Positions 1-7,952 of a DNA stretch of 24,000 nucleotides are shown here, in pieces. Made by a program: the position numbers and the translations under genes. The stretch comes from Paracoccus cavernae (GTDB lineage Bacteria; Pseudomonadota; Alphaproteobacteria; Rhodobacterales; Rhodobacteraceae), in NCBI RefSeq assembly GCF_042661105.1, contig NZ_JBHSVP010000001.1, one strand, 5' to 3'. The notes below the pieces were generated by a model. The model was not told the DNA's origin and made no database searches. It saw only the letters and a program-made list of their open reading frames with translations. How positions within the stretch are numbered: position 1 is the first letter of the stretch; the number at the start of each line of letters is the position of its first letter.

Positions 1-136
1 CTAAGGCGCGCCGCAAGGTTTGCGCAAAACATGCAAGACGCGGAGGCTCCGGCTTTTCGCGCTTGCGCGGAACCCGAGAGCCGTGCCACGGCTTTCCCTA
101 TGGACAGGCCAAGAAGCCGGGGAAATCGGGGACATT

Positions 137-1207
137 ATGACGGACAAACGGCTTTCCACGGCTTTCGTCGCGACGATGGTCATCATCAGCATCTGTTTTC
201 TGCTGGTGATCCGGCCCTATTACGGCGCGGTTTTCTGGGCGCTCATTCTGGCGCTGCTGTTCCAGCCGCTCTATCGGCGCTTGCTCGGCTGGTGCGGCGG
301 GCGTTCTGCACTGGCCTCGATCTGCACGGTGATGACCTGCATTCTTTTGGTGGTCATCCCCTTCCTCATCCTTGTCGCCATGATCGCGGCCGAGGCGGCG
401 CGGGCCTATCAGGCGCTCACCAGCGCGCCGCTTGATGTGGCGGGAACGCTCGACGGGCTGCGCAATCACCTGCCTGCAAGCGTGATCTCTTTCCTCGACC
501 GTCTCAATCTGCCGAGCGCGGCCGAGCTGGCGCAGAAATTCAGCGAATTCCTGCAAAGCATCCTGCAATATGTCGCCAAGGGCTTTTACTCGTTGGGGCA
601 GGGCGCGCTGAGTTTCACCGTGGCATTCGGTGTGGCGCTTTACCTGCTGTTCTTCCTGTTCAAGGACGGGCGCGGACTGGCCGCGACGATCCGCAAGGCG
701 AGCCCGCTCAGCCTGCACCAGACCGAGGTTCTGATGCAGACTGTCGACTCGGTCCTGACGGCGACGGTGAAGGGAAACTTCATCATCGCGGCGGTGCAGG
801 GCGCGATCGGGGGGGTGACATTGTGGTTTCTCGGGATCGGAGGCGCGGTGCTTTGGGGCGTCGTCATGGCGGTCCTGTCGCTTATCCCCGCGATCGGGGC
901 GGGGCTGATCTGGTTTCCGATCGCCGTCTATCTGCTGGCGACCGGCAGCATCGCCAGCGGCGTGATCCTGATGGTGGTGGGCTTCGGCGTCATCTCCCTT
1001 GTCGACAACCTTCTGCGCCCGCGCCTTGTCGGCGGGCAGACCAATATGCCCGACTATATCGTGCTGGTTTCGACGCTTGGCGGGCTTTCCCTGCTCGGCG
1101 TCAACGGCTTCGTCATCGGCCCGCTGGTCGCGGCTCTCTTTCTGGCCGTCTGGCGGCTCTACATGGAAGAAAAGGGCGAGGCCCCCCTTCAGATCGAAGC
1201 CGATTGA
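137..1207 (+). CDS. AI-2E family transporter (PerM/YhhT-like, UPF0118) inner-membrane protein
   Basis: ORF 20..1207. The product is a polytopic hydrophobic protein with the AI-2E/UPF0118 pattern (KGNFIIAAVQGAIGGVTLWFLGI, LSLIPAIGAGLIWFPIAVYL, ISLVDNLLRPRLVGGQ). I moved the start to ATG 137 (MTDKRLSTAFVATMVII...) because the 39 upstream codons are Arg-rich, non-hydrophobic and overlap palindromic non-coding DNA. GGGGA lies 4 nt upstream of ATG 137. Confidence 0.8.
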   Translation: MTDKRLSTAFVATMVIISICFLLVIRPYYGAVFWALILALLFQPLYRRLLGWCGGRSALASICTVMTCILLVVIPFLILVAMIAAEAARAYQALTSAPLDVAGTLDGLRNHLPASVISFLDRLNLPSAAELAQKFSEFLQSILQYVAKGFYSLGQGALSFTVAFGVALYLLFFLFKDGRGLAATIRKASPLSLHQTEVLMQTVDSVLTATVKGNFIIAAVQGAIGGVTLWFLGIGGAVLWGVVMAVLSLIPAIGAGLIWFPIAVYLLATGSIASGVILMVVGFGVISLVDNLLRPRLVGGQTNMPDYIVLVSTLGGLSLLGVNGFVIGPLVAALFLAVWRLYMEEKGEAPLQIEAD

Positions 1208-1242
1208 GGCCCGACGGGCCCAACGCATCAGGGCAAAACGGA

Positions 1243-1275
1243 AAGGCGCCGGATCAGGATGTGATCCGGCGCCTT
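1243..1275. terminator. Bidirectional rho-independent terminator between the convergent AI-2E gene and paaZ
   Basis: Perfect 13-bp stem AAGGCGCCGGATC (1243-1255) / GATCCGGCGCCTT (1263-1275) with a 7-nt loop. On the minus-strand transcript the stem is followed by UUUCCGUUUUG. It lies 35 nt after the plus-gene stop and 22 nt after the paaZ stop. Confidence 0.75.
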
Positions 1276-1297
1276 CTGCGTCACCGATCGGTGGTGA

Positions 1298-3361
1298 TCA
1301 GTCTTTGAGCGGCCATTCCTTGGCCACCATGGTCAGCACGTCATATTGCGCGACGACCTCGGACTTCTGGTTGGTGACCTGACAATCCCAACGCACCTCG
1401 CCATGTTCGGCATTGGCGCGCGGATTGATTTCCTTGCAGGTCAGCCGCACCTGAAGGCTGTCGCCGAAATAGACCGGCGTCAGGAAGCGCAGATTGTCGA
1501 CGCCGTAATTGGCCAGAACCGGACCGGGGTTCGGCTCGACGAAAAGACCCGCCGCGAAGCTTGCGATCAAATAGCCATGCGCCACGCGCTCGTCGAAGAA
1601 CGGGTTCGCTTTCGCGGCCTCGCTGTCCATATGGGCGTAAAACGTATCGCCGGTGAATTCGGCGAAATGCTCGACATCTTCCAAGGTGACCACGCGGCTT
1701 GCGGTCACAAGCTGGTCGCCGATGCGCAGTTCGGCCAAAGATTTGCGGAAGGGATGCGTGCCTTGACGGGCATCCGCGCCCTCGATCCAGCGGCCGGTGA
1801 CGGCCGAGAGCATGTTCGGCGCGCCTTGGACGGCGGTGCGCTGCATGTAATGGGTGACGCCGCGAATGCCGCCCATTTCCTCGCCGCCACCCGCGCGACC
1901 GGGACCGCCGTGGACCAGACCGGCCAGCGGAGAGCCGTGACCCGTCGAGGTCTTGGCCGAGGCGCGGTTTCCGATCAAAACGCGGCCGTGATAGGGCGCG
2001 ATACCCAAGACCACTTCCTGCGCGACCTCGCCGTCATTGGTGAAGACCGATGCGGCCAGCGAGCCTTTGCCCATATTGGCCAGCTCGATCGCCTCGTCGA
2101 GCGTGTCGTAGGGCATGACCGTCGAGACGGGGCCGAAAGCCTCGACCTCGTGGACCGCGCGCGCGGCAAAGGGCTTGTCGCAGTAGAGTAGAACGGGGTT
2201 CATGAAAGCGCCGCTTTCGGCATTGCCCGAGGTCAGGCGCGCATTGTCGGGGTCGCCCGAGACGATCTCGGCATCGGCCTGCAGATCCTTGATGCGGGCG
2301 CGAACCTCGTCACGCTGATCGAAGGAGGCCAGCGCGCCCATGCGCGTCGCCTCGTCGCCCGGCAGGCCCACGGCGGTCTTGCCCAGACGCTCGCCCAAAG
2401 CCGCGACAAGCGCGTCGATCTGGCCACGCGGCGCGAAAACGCGGCGGATCGCGGTGCATTTCTGCCCCGCTTTCGAGGTCATCTCGCGCGCGACTTCCTT
2501 GACGAACAGATCGAATTCCGGCGTGCCCGCCACCGCATCTGTGCCGAGGATCGAGGCGTTCAGACTGTCGGCCTCCATATTGAAACGCACCGAATTGTTG
2601 ACGATGGCCGGCAGGGTTTTGAGCATGCGGCCGGTGGTGGCCGAGCCGGTGAAGGTCACGACATCCTGCTCGCAGACATGGCTCAGCATATCGCCGACCG
2701 AGCCCGAAACCAGCTGCAGCGCGCCTTCGGGCAGAATGCCCGTCGCGATGATGCGGCGCACCATGAGTTCGGTCAGATAGGCGGTCTGGCTGGCCGGTTT
2801 GACGATACAGGGCACGCCCGCCAGAAGCGTCGGCGCGATCTTTTCCAGCATCCCCCAGATCGGGAAGTTATAGGCGTTGATATGGACCGCGACGCCCTGA
2901 AGCGGCGACAGGATATGCTGGGCCGAGAAGGTGTTGTCGCGCGAAAGCACCTCGACGGGGCCTTCGGTCAGCACGCGGGTGTTGGGCAATTCGCGGCGGC
3001 CTTTGGACGCAAAGGTCAGCATGGTGCCGATGCCGCCCTCGATATCGACCCAGCCGTCGGGCCGCGTCGCGCCGGTGCGCAGGCTTTCGGCGTAGAAGTC
3101 TTCCTTCTGCTCCATCAGCTTGAGGCCGAGCGCCTTGAGCATGCCCGCGCGCTCATGGAAGGACATGGCGCGCAGCTTCCTGCCCGCGACCGAACGGCCG
3201 TAATTCAGCACTTCGGCGAAATCGATCCCCGAGGAATCGATGGTGGCGATGGCCTCGCCGGTGCCGGCATCGCGCAGGACCTGACCGTCTTTCGCACCGG
3301 AGGTCCATTGGCCCAGAACATAGCTTTCGAGCCGGCGGCGCGCCTTGAGAGGGGCGTTCAT
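1298..3361 (-). CDS. paaZ: Bifunctional oxepin-CoA hydrolase / 3-oxo-5,6-dehydrosuberyl-CoA semialdehyde dehydrogenase (aldehyde dehydrogenase + MaoC hotdog domains)
   Basis: ORF 1298..3529. An N-terminal NAD(P)-aldehyde dehydrogenase fold is followed by a C-terminal MaoC-type dehydratase domain (HPFRKSLAELRIGDQL...FTGDTFYAHMD...VAHGYL). The trimmed length of 687 aa is similar to E. coli PaaZ. The start is trimmed to ATG 3361 (MNAPLKARRRLESYVLGQW), 11 nt after the upstream stop with AAGGA 6 nt upstream. The longer extension is Arg/Ala-rich and overlaps the upstream gene. Confidence 0.9.
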   Translation of the reverse strand: MNAPLKARRRLESYVLGQWTSGAKDGQVLRDAGTGEAIATIDSSGIDFAEVLNYGRSVAGRKLRAMSFHERAGMLKALGLKLMEQKEDFYAESLRTGATRPDGWVDIEGGIGTMLTFASKGRRELPNTRVLTEGPVEVLSRDNTFSAQHILSPLQGVAVHINAYNFPIWGMLEKIAPTLLAGVPCIVKPASQTAYLTELMVRRIIATGILPEGALQLVSGSVGDMLSHVCEQDVVTFTGSATTGRMLKTLPAIVNNSVRFNMEADSLNASILGTDAVAGTPEFDLFVKEVAREMTSKAGQKCTAIRRVFAPRGQIDALVAALGERLGKTAVGLPGDEATRMGALASFDQRDEVRARIKDLQADAEIVSGDPDNARLTSGNAESGAFMNPVLLYCDKPFAARAVHEVEAFGPVSTVMPYDTLDEAIELANMGKGSLAASVFTNDGEVAQEVVLGIAPYHGRVLIGNRASAKTSTGHGSPLAGLVHGGPGRAGGGEEMGGIRGVTHYMQRTAVQGAPNMLSAVTGRWIEGADARQGTHPFRKSLAELRIGDQLVTASRVVTLEDVEHFAEFTGDTFYAHMDSEAAKANPFFDERVAHGYLIASFAAGLFVEPNPGPVLANYGVDNLRFLTPVYFGDSLQVRLTCKEINPRANAEHGEVRWDCQVTNQKSEVVAQYDVLTMVAKEWPLKD

Positions 3362-3372
3362 GTCTTGTCCTT

Positions 3373-4128
3373 TCAGTTCAGATCCAGCGCGGCAAGCACC
3401 GCGGCGACCTGCTTTTCCCAATCGGCCCGCATGGCGGCATTGGGGGTGTGGCGCAGCCCGAAACGGGCCTGCGTCTCGTAGCGCGCCGATGCGGGCGCGC
3501 CGAAGCTTGCGGCAACGCGCGGCTGCCAATAGGCGATCGAGGCCATCGCCTCGGCGCGGCCCTCGGGGGTGGCGGTGATCTTTTCCAGACCCTCGCGACC
3601 CAATTCGGCATGGCGCGCCTCGCGCGGGGCGACCCCGCGAAACACTTCGGCCAGCGGGCCGTAGGAAACGCGCGACAGTTCCGCCAGCTGCACGCCGCTC
3701 GCAAGCCCCATCAGCACGTTCATCACGACCGCATCGGTCCAGCCTTCCAGCGGATAGTGAAAGACCGAGAGCCGCATGTCCGACCCGATGCGTTCGGCAT
3801 TATGGGCGGCCTCGCGCGGCAGACGTGCCGACCAGTCATGCATCGCCTGATAACGCGCGGTATCGGTGCCGAAATCGCCCATGATCGCCAGAACACGCTC
3901 GGCGTGGTCGGCTTTCTCCAGCGTGATGCGGCTGGCGGCGATACGCTCCTTGATCGCGGGGGCGAAGTTGATCGCATCGGCGAAACCCGCCGAACCGGCA
4001 AGCTCGCTATCCACGAAAGAGGACATCATCCGCATCAGCTCGCCACGGTAACGCGCGGGGGCGTTATCGGGCGAGGACAGCACGCCGCCTTGGGCAAGGT
4101 AGTCTTCGATATTCATCGTACCGGACAT
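3373..4128 (-). CDS. Extra PaaA/PaaC-family (ferritin-like, PF05138-type) protein; short PaaA paralogue with a partly substituted di-iron ligand set
   Basis: The 251-aa ORF aligns by eye, without gaps over long stretches, to the PaaA encoded at 6940..7932. Examples: YRGELMRMMSSFVDSELAG vs [19 protein letters not shown], and VFHYPLEGWTDAVV...SRVSYGPLAEV...PREARHAELG vs [14 protein letters not shown]...[11 protein letters not shown]...[11 protein letters not shown]. It sits between paaE and paaZ with 11-nt spacers on both sides (TAAGGGGTG...ATG upstream), which indicates operon membership. Confidence 0.65.
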   Translation of the reverse strand: MSGTMNIEDYLAQGGVLSSPDNAPARYRGELMRMMSSFVDSELAGSAGFADAINFAPAIKERIAASRITLEKADHAERVLAIMGDFGTDTARYQAMHDWSARLPREAAHNAERIGSDMRLSVFHYPLEGWTDAVVMNVLMGLASGVQLAELSRVSYGPLAEVFRGVAPREARHAELGREGLEKITATPEGRAEAMASIAYWQPRVAASFGAPASARYETQARFGLRHTPNAAMRADWEKQVAAVLAALDLN

Positions 4129-4139
4129 CGCAACACCCC

Positions 4140-5216
4140 TTATTCGTCGTAGCTCACGACAACCTTGTTCGAGAGCGGGATGGCCTGACAGCTCAGGACA
4201 TAGCCCGCACGGACTTCGTAATCTTCAAGCGCGTGGTTCACCGCCATTTCGACCTCGCCCTCGATGACCTTGCAGCGGCAGGTCGAGCAAACGCCGGCCT
4301 TGCACGAATAGGGCGCGTCGATGTTGTTGGCGATCGCGGCATCAAGGATGCTCTCGCCGTTGCGCGGCATGGAGAAGCTGCGGGTCGAGCCGTCCAGCGT
4401 CACCGTGGCCTCGATCGCCTCGCCTGCGGTCGCTGCATTTTGCGAGACGGCGCGGGCCTTGGCGCGGCCCGGCTGGCTCGAGGCGAAAAGCTCGAATTTG
4501 ATCTGCTCGTCCTTGAGACCGTGGTCGCGCAAGGATTGCGCGATGGCGAGCATCATCGGCTCGGGGCCGCAGATGAAGCTGGTGGTGATCGCGGTCGGGT
4601 CGATCCAGTTGGCGAACAAAGCTTTCATCTTTTCCGCGTCGATCCGGCCGGTGAAGAGGTCGATGTCCTGCGCCTCGCTATCAAGGATATGGATGACCGA
4701 GAAACGCCCGAGATAGGTGTTTTTGAGATCCTCGAGATCCTCGCGGAACATGATCGAGCTGATCTGGCGGTTGGCGTAGACCAGCGTGAAGGTCGCTTCG
4801 GGTTCGCGCGCAAGCACCGTCTTGATGATCGACAGGACCGGCGTGATCCCCGAACCACCGGCAAAGCCGAGATAGGCTTTCGCGGCTTCGGGTTCGATTG
4901 CCGTAAAGAACTTGCCCATCGGCGGCATGGCTTCGATCTCGTCGCCGGGCTGGAGGTTCTCATTGGCCCAGGTCGAAAAAGCGCCGCCGTCGACGCGTTT
5001 GATGCCGACCTGCAGAATGCCGTCATCCTTGCCTGCGCAGATCGAATAGGAGCGGCGGAGTTCTTCGCCGTCGAAGGCGCGGCGCAGCGTCAGATACTGG
5101 CCTTGGGTAAAGTCGAAAAGCGCGCGGTCTTCGTCACGCGGCGCCAGCGTCACCACGACGGCATCGCGGGTCTCGCGGCGGACTTCGGTGACTTTCAGGG
5201 AATGGAAGCGTGCCAT
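4140..5216 (-). CDS. paaE: 1,2-phenylacetyl-CoA epoxidase reductase subunit (FNR-like FAD/NAD(P)-binding domain + C-terminal plant-type 2Fe-2S ferredoxin)
   Basis: 358 aa, ATG at 5216. The N-terminus shows a ferredoxin-reductase pattern (RRSYSIC, GGSGITP). The C-terminus has a 2Fe-2S motif CKAGVCSTCRC...C. Its position after paaD matches the canonical order. Confidence 0.9.
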   Translation of the reverse strand: MARFHSLKVTEVRRETRDAVVVTLAPRDEDRALFDFTQGQYLTLRRAFDGEELRRSYSICAGKDDGILQVGIKRVDGGAFSTWANENLQPGDEIEAMPPMGKFFTAIEPEAAKAYLGFAGGSGITPVLSIIKTVLAREPEATFTLVYANRQISSIMFREDLEDLKNTYLGRFSVIHILDSEAQDIDLFTGRIDAEKMKALFANWIDPTAITTSFICGPEPMMLAIAQSLRDHGLKDEQIKFELFASSQPGRAKARAVSQNAATAGEAIEATVTLDGSTRSFSMPRNGESILDAAIANNIDAPYSCKAGVCSTCRCKVIEGEVEMAVNHALEDYEVRAGYVLSCQAIPLSNKVVVSYDE

Positions 5217-5249
5217 TGGGGTATCATTCCTGTCGGTTCGGGCGCATCC

Positions 5250-5783
5250 TCAGATGCATTTGAAATAGTCGAAGGGCTCGAGGCAGTCCTTGCAGCGGTA
5301 GCTTGCCTTGCAGGGCGTCGAGCCGAATTGGCTGAGCCGCTCTGTGTGGTTCGATCCGCAGAACGGGCAGGCGATCACGAGATTGCCCGATCCCGTCAGC
5401 CGCGCGATCCGGCCCGCGATCACCCCGTCGGCAGCCGTGCCGTCGACGGGCGGCGCGATCCCGTAGGCACGCAGCTTCTCGCGGCCCTCGGCGCTCAGCC
5501 AATCGCTGGTCCAGGGCGGGGAAAGCCGCCGCTCGAGGCGCAGCTTTTCGATGCCGCGCGCGCGCAGGGCCGTCTCGATATCGAGGTTGATGATCGAGGT
5601 CGCGGGACAGCCCGAATAGGTGGGCGTGACCGCGACGACGAGCGTATCGTCTTCGAGACGCACATCGCGGATGATGCCGAGATCGGTCAGGGTGATGACC
5701 GGAATTTCGGGATCGGGGACCTCGGCCAGCCATTGCCAGACCTGATCGAGATCGGGAAGCATCTTGTGGCTTTGGCTGTCCAT
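5250..5783 (-). CDS. paaD: Phenylacetate-CoA epoxidase accessory subunit PaaD (DUF59/MIP18-like domain + C-terminal Cys4 zinc ribbon)
   Basis: This is the C-terminal 177 codons of track ORF 5250..6530, starting at ATG 5783 (MDSQSHKMLPDLDQVWQWLAEVPDPEIPVITLTDLGIIRDV). It contains TPTYSGCPA and CPFCGS...CKDC motifs. The upstream part of the track ORF is an out-of-frame overlap with paaC and was rejected. Confidence 0.88.
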   Translation of the reverse strand: MDSQSHKMLPDLDQVWQWLAEVPDPEIPVITLTDLGIIRDVRLEDDTLVVAVTPTYSGCPATSIINLDIETALRARGIEKLRLERRLSPPWTSDWLSAEGREKLRAYGIAPPVDGTAADGVIAGRIARLTGSGNLVIACPFCGSNHTERLSQFGSTPCKASYRCKDCLEPFDYFKCI

Positions 5784-5797
5784 GGGCTGCCCCCGTT

Positions 5798-6577
5798 TTA
5801 CCAGCTGGCGCCCGGATAGGCGCGCTGGAGGAACTGCATCTCGGCCAGAAGGAAGCCCAGATGTTCGGTGTGAACGCCGGTCTTGCCGCCTTTGTGCTGC
5901 CAGCTTGCCTCGGGGATGGTCAGGGTCGCTTCGTCGAAGACATGGCGCAGCGTCGCCTCCCATCCGGTTTTCAGGCTGCTCGGCAGGGGCGCGATGCCCG
6001 CATCGGCCATAGCCTGATCGACGGCATCGTCCATGAACATCTCGCCGCTGTAGGCCCAAAGCGCGTTCAGCGATTTCTGCATCCGCGCATGGCTTTCGGG
6101 CGAGCCGTCGCCCAGACGCACCACCAGATCGGCCGAGCGTTCGAGGTGGTAGGCCACCTCTTTCGAGGCTTTCGCCGCAATCTCGGCCACGCGGGTATCG
6201 GTCGAGGATTGCAGGGCGCGGAGCAGCTCCATGTGATAGGCGTCGAACAGGAACTGGCGCATCAGCGTCAGGCCGAAATCGCCGTTCGGACGCTCGACCA
6301 GCAGGACGTTGCGGAAGGCACCGGCGTCGCGCAGGAAGGCGAGATTGTCGGCGTTGCGGCCCTCGCCCTCGATCTCGGCAGCATATTCCAGCCAAAGCTG
6401 GGTCTGGCCGATCAGATCGAGCGCGGTGTTCGAGATCGCGATGTCCTCTTCCAGCGCGGGCGCATGGCCGCACCATTCCGAAACGCGGTGCCCGAGGATC
6501 AGCGTATTGTCGCCCGTCCGGCACAGCCATTCGAAAAAGGCGGCCCGATCAACAGCTTGAGCACTCGCCTCCATCAC
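5798..6577 (-). CDS. paaC: 1,2-phenylacetyl-CoA epoxidase structural subunit PaaC
   Basis: 259 aa with the PaaC-type pattern LILGHRVSEWCGHAPALEEDIAISNTALDLIGQ. The track start at 6577 is a GTG that overlaps the paaB stop (GTGA). The in-frame ATG one codon later (6574) is equally possible. Confidence 0.9.
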   Translation of the reverse strand: MMEASAQAVDRAAFFEWLCRTGDNTLILGHRVSEWCGHAPALEEDIAISNTALDLIGQTQLWLEYAAEIEGEGRNADNLAFLRDAGAFRNVLLVERPNGDFGLTLMRQFLFDAYHMELLRALQSSTDTRVAEIAAKASKEVAYHLERSADLVVRLGDGSPESHARMQKSLNALWAYSGEMFMDDAVDQAMADAGIAPLPSSLKTGWEATLRHVFDEATLTIPEASWQHKGGKTGVHTEHLGFLLAEMQFLQRAYPGASW

Positions 6578-6858
6578 ATATGCCCCACTTCGTCGGGGAT
6601 CGTGAAGAAGGTCGGGTGACGGTAGACCTTGTCGTTCGAGGGCTCGAACAGCGGGCCTTTGTCCGAGGGCGCGGAGGCCGAGATGTCGTTCGACTTCACC
6701 ACCCAGATCGACACGCCCTCGTTGCGGCGGGTATAGACGTCACGGGCGTTGCGGATCGCCATTTCGGCATCGGGCGCGTGCAGGCTGCCGACGTGGCGGT
6801 GGTTCAGGCCGTGCTGGCCGCGGATGAAGACTTCCCAGAGGGGCCATTCTTTGGACAT
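6574..6858 (-). CDS. paaB: 1,2-phenylacetyl-CoA epoxidase subunit PaaB
   Basis: 94 aa (MSKEWPLWEVFIRGQHGLNHRHVGSLHAPD...YRHPTFF), typical PaaB length and sequence. ATG at 6858 with GGAGGA 6 nt upstream. Confidence 0.92.
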   Translation of the reverse strand: MSKEWPLWEVFIRGQHGLNHRHVGSLHAPDAEMAIRNARDVYTRRNEGVSIWVVKSNDISASAPSDKGPLFEPSNDKVYRHPTFFTIPDEVGHM

Positions 6859-6904
6859 GAGGGTTCCTCCCTAAGCTTGGGGATTTCTGGCAGGGGGTGA
6901 GAGG

Positions 6905-6925
6905 GGCGGGCGTCGCGCGCCCGCC
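6905..6925 (-). promoter_or_regulatory. GC-rich intercistronic stem-loop in the 81-nt paaA-paaB spacer
   Basis: GGCGGGCG (6905-6912) pairs with CGCCCGCC (6918-6925) around a 5-nt loop. There is no U tract on the minus-strand transcript. Confidence 0.4.
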
Positions 6926-6939
6926 GGAGGTCGGTGTCG

Positions 6940-7932
6940 TTACTCGGCAGCCACAGGCGCGCGGCGGGCCGCGGCCTTTTCGGCATGGGCCATCAGCCCT
7001 TCGCGGAACCAAGCGCCATTGTCCCAGGCATCGACGCGCGCCTGAAGACGCTCGGCATTGCACGGGCCGTTGCCGGCGATGACGGCGAAGAATTCGTTCC
7101 AGTCCGGCTCAGAGAAATCATGGCCGCCCTTTTCCTCGTTCCAGACAAGGTTCTCGTCCGGCACGGTCAGGCCGAGGAATTTGGCTTGCGGCACGGTCTG
7201 GTCGACGAACTTCTGACGCAATTCGTCATTGGTGTTCATTTTGATCTTCCACGCCATCGACTGGGCCGAATGGACGGAATCCTTGTCCGAAGGGCCGAAC
7301 ATCATGAGCGACGGATACCAGAAGCGGTTGAGCGCATCCTGAGCCATGGCTTTCTGCTCGGGCGTGCCCGCGCACATCTTCATCATGATGTCGTAGCCCT
7401 GACGCTGGTGGAAGCTTTCTTCCTTGCAGATCCGGACCATCGCGCGGCTGTATGGGCCGTAAGAGGTGCGCTGAAGCGGCACCTGGTTCATGATCGCCGC
7501 GCCATCGACCAGCCAGCCGACCGCGCCCATATCGGCCCAGGTCAGCGTCGGATAGTTGAAGATCGAGGAATATTTCATCTTCCCCGAATGCAGGGCCTCC
7601 AGCAGCTCGTCGCGCGAGACACCCAGCGTTTCGGCGGCCGAGTACAGGTAAAGCCCGTGGCCGGCCTCGTCCTGCACTTTGGCAAGCAGGATCGCCTTGC
7701 GCTCCAGCGTGGGGGCGCGGGTGATCCAGTTACCCTCGGGAAGCTGGCCCACGATCTCGGAATGGGCGTGCTGGCCCATCTGGCGGATCAGCGTCTTGCG
7801 GTAGCCGTCCGGCATCCACTCCTTGGGCTCGATCTTTTCGTTGCGGTCGATGCGCTCCTGAAAGGCGCGCTCCTCGGGGGTCATCTCGGCGGCGGTTTTG
7901 GCGTCCTCGGTCTTGACGAGCTGTGCATACAT
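6940..7932 (-). CDS. paaA: 1,2-phenylacetyl-CoA epoxidase catalytic (di-iron) subunit PaaA
   Basis: 330 aa, ATG at 7932. The ferritin-like ligand pattern is intact: E59 (HAHSE), E89-x-x-H92 (DEAGH), D143 (WLVDG), E172-x-x-H175 (EESFH). The spacing is identical to the E. coli PaaA ligands E42/E72/H75/D126/E155/H158 as I recall them. Confidence 0.93.
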   Translation of the reverse strand: MYAQLVKTEDAKTAAEMTPEERAFQERIDRNEKIEPKEWMPDGYRKTLIRQMGQHAHSEIVGQLPEGNWITRAPTLERKAILLAKVQDEAGHGLYLYSAAETLGVSRDELLEALHSGKMKYSSIFNYPTLTWADMGAVGWLVDGAAIMNQVPLQRTSYGPYSRAMVRICKEESFHQRQGYDIMMKMCAGTPEQKAMAQDALNRFWYPSLMMFGPSDKDSVHSAQSMAWKIKMNTNDELRQKFVDQTVPQAKFLGLTVPDENLVWNEEKGGHDFSEPDWNEFFAVIAGNGPCNAERLQARVDAWDNGAWFREGLMAHAEKAAARRAPVAAE

Positions 7933-7952
7933 GGCTTGCGAAACTCCCTAAC

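Noticed and set aside
1-192. 63-aa minus-strand ORF running off the left edge, and a plus-strand frame-3 reading frame that is open from the edge and ends in an ATGA overlap at 137-140
   Set aside because: Neither has recognisable protein character (both are very basic and low in complexity). The region is dense in perfect palindromes typical of non-coding control DNA. Neither can be supported from this window alone.
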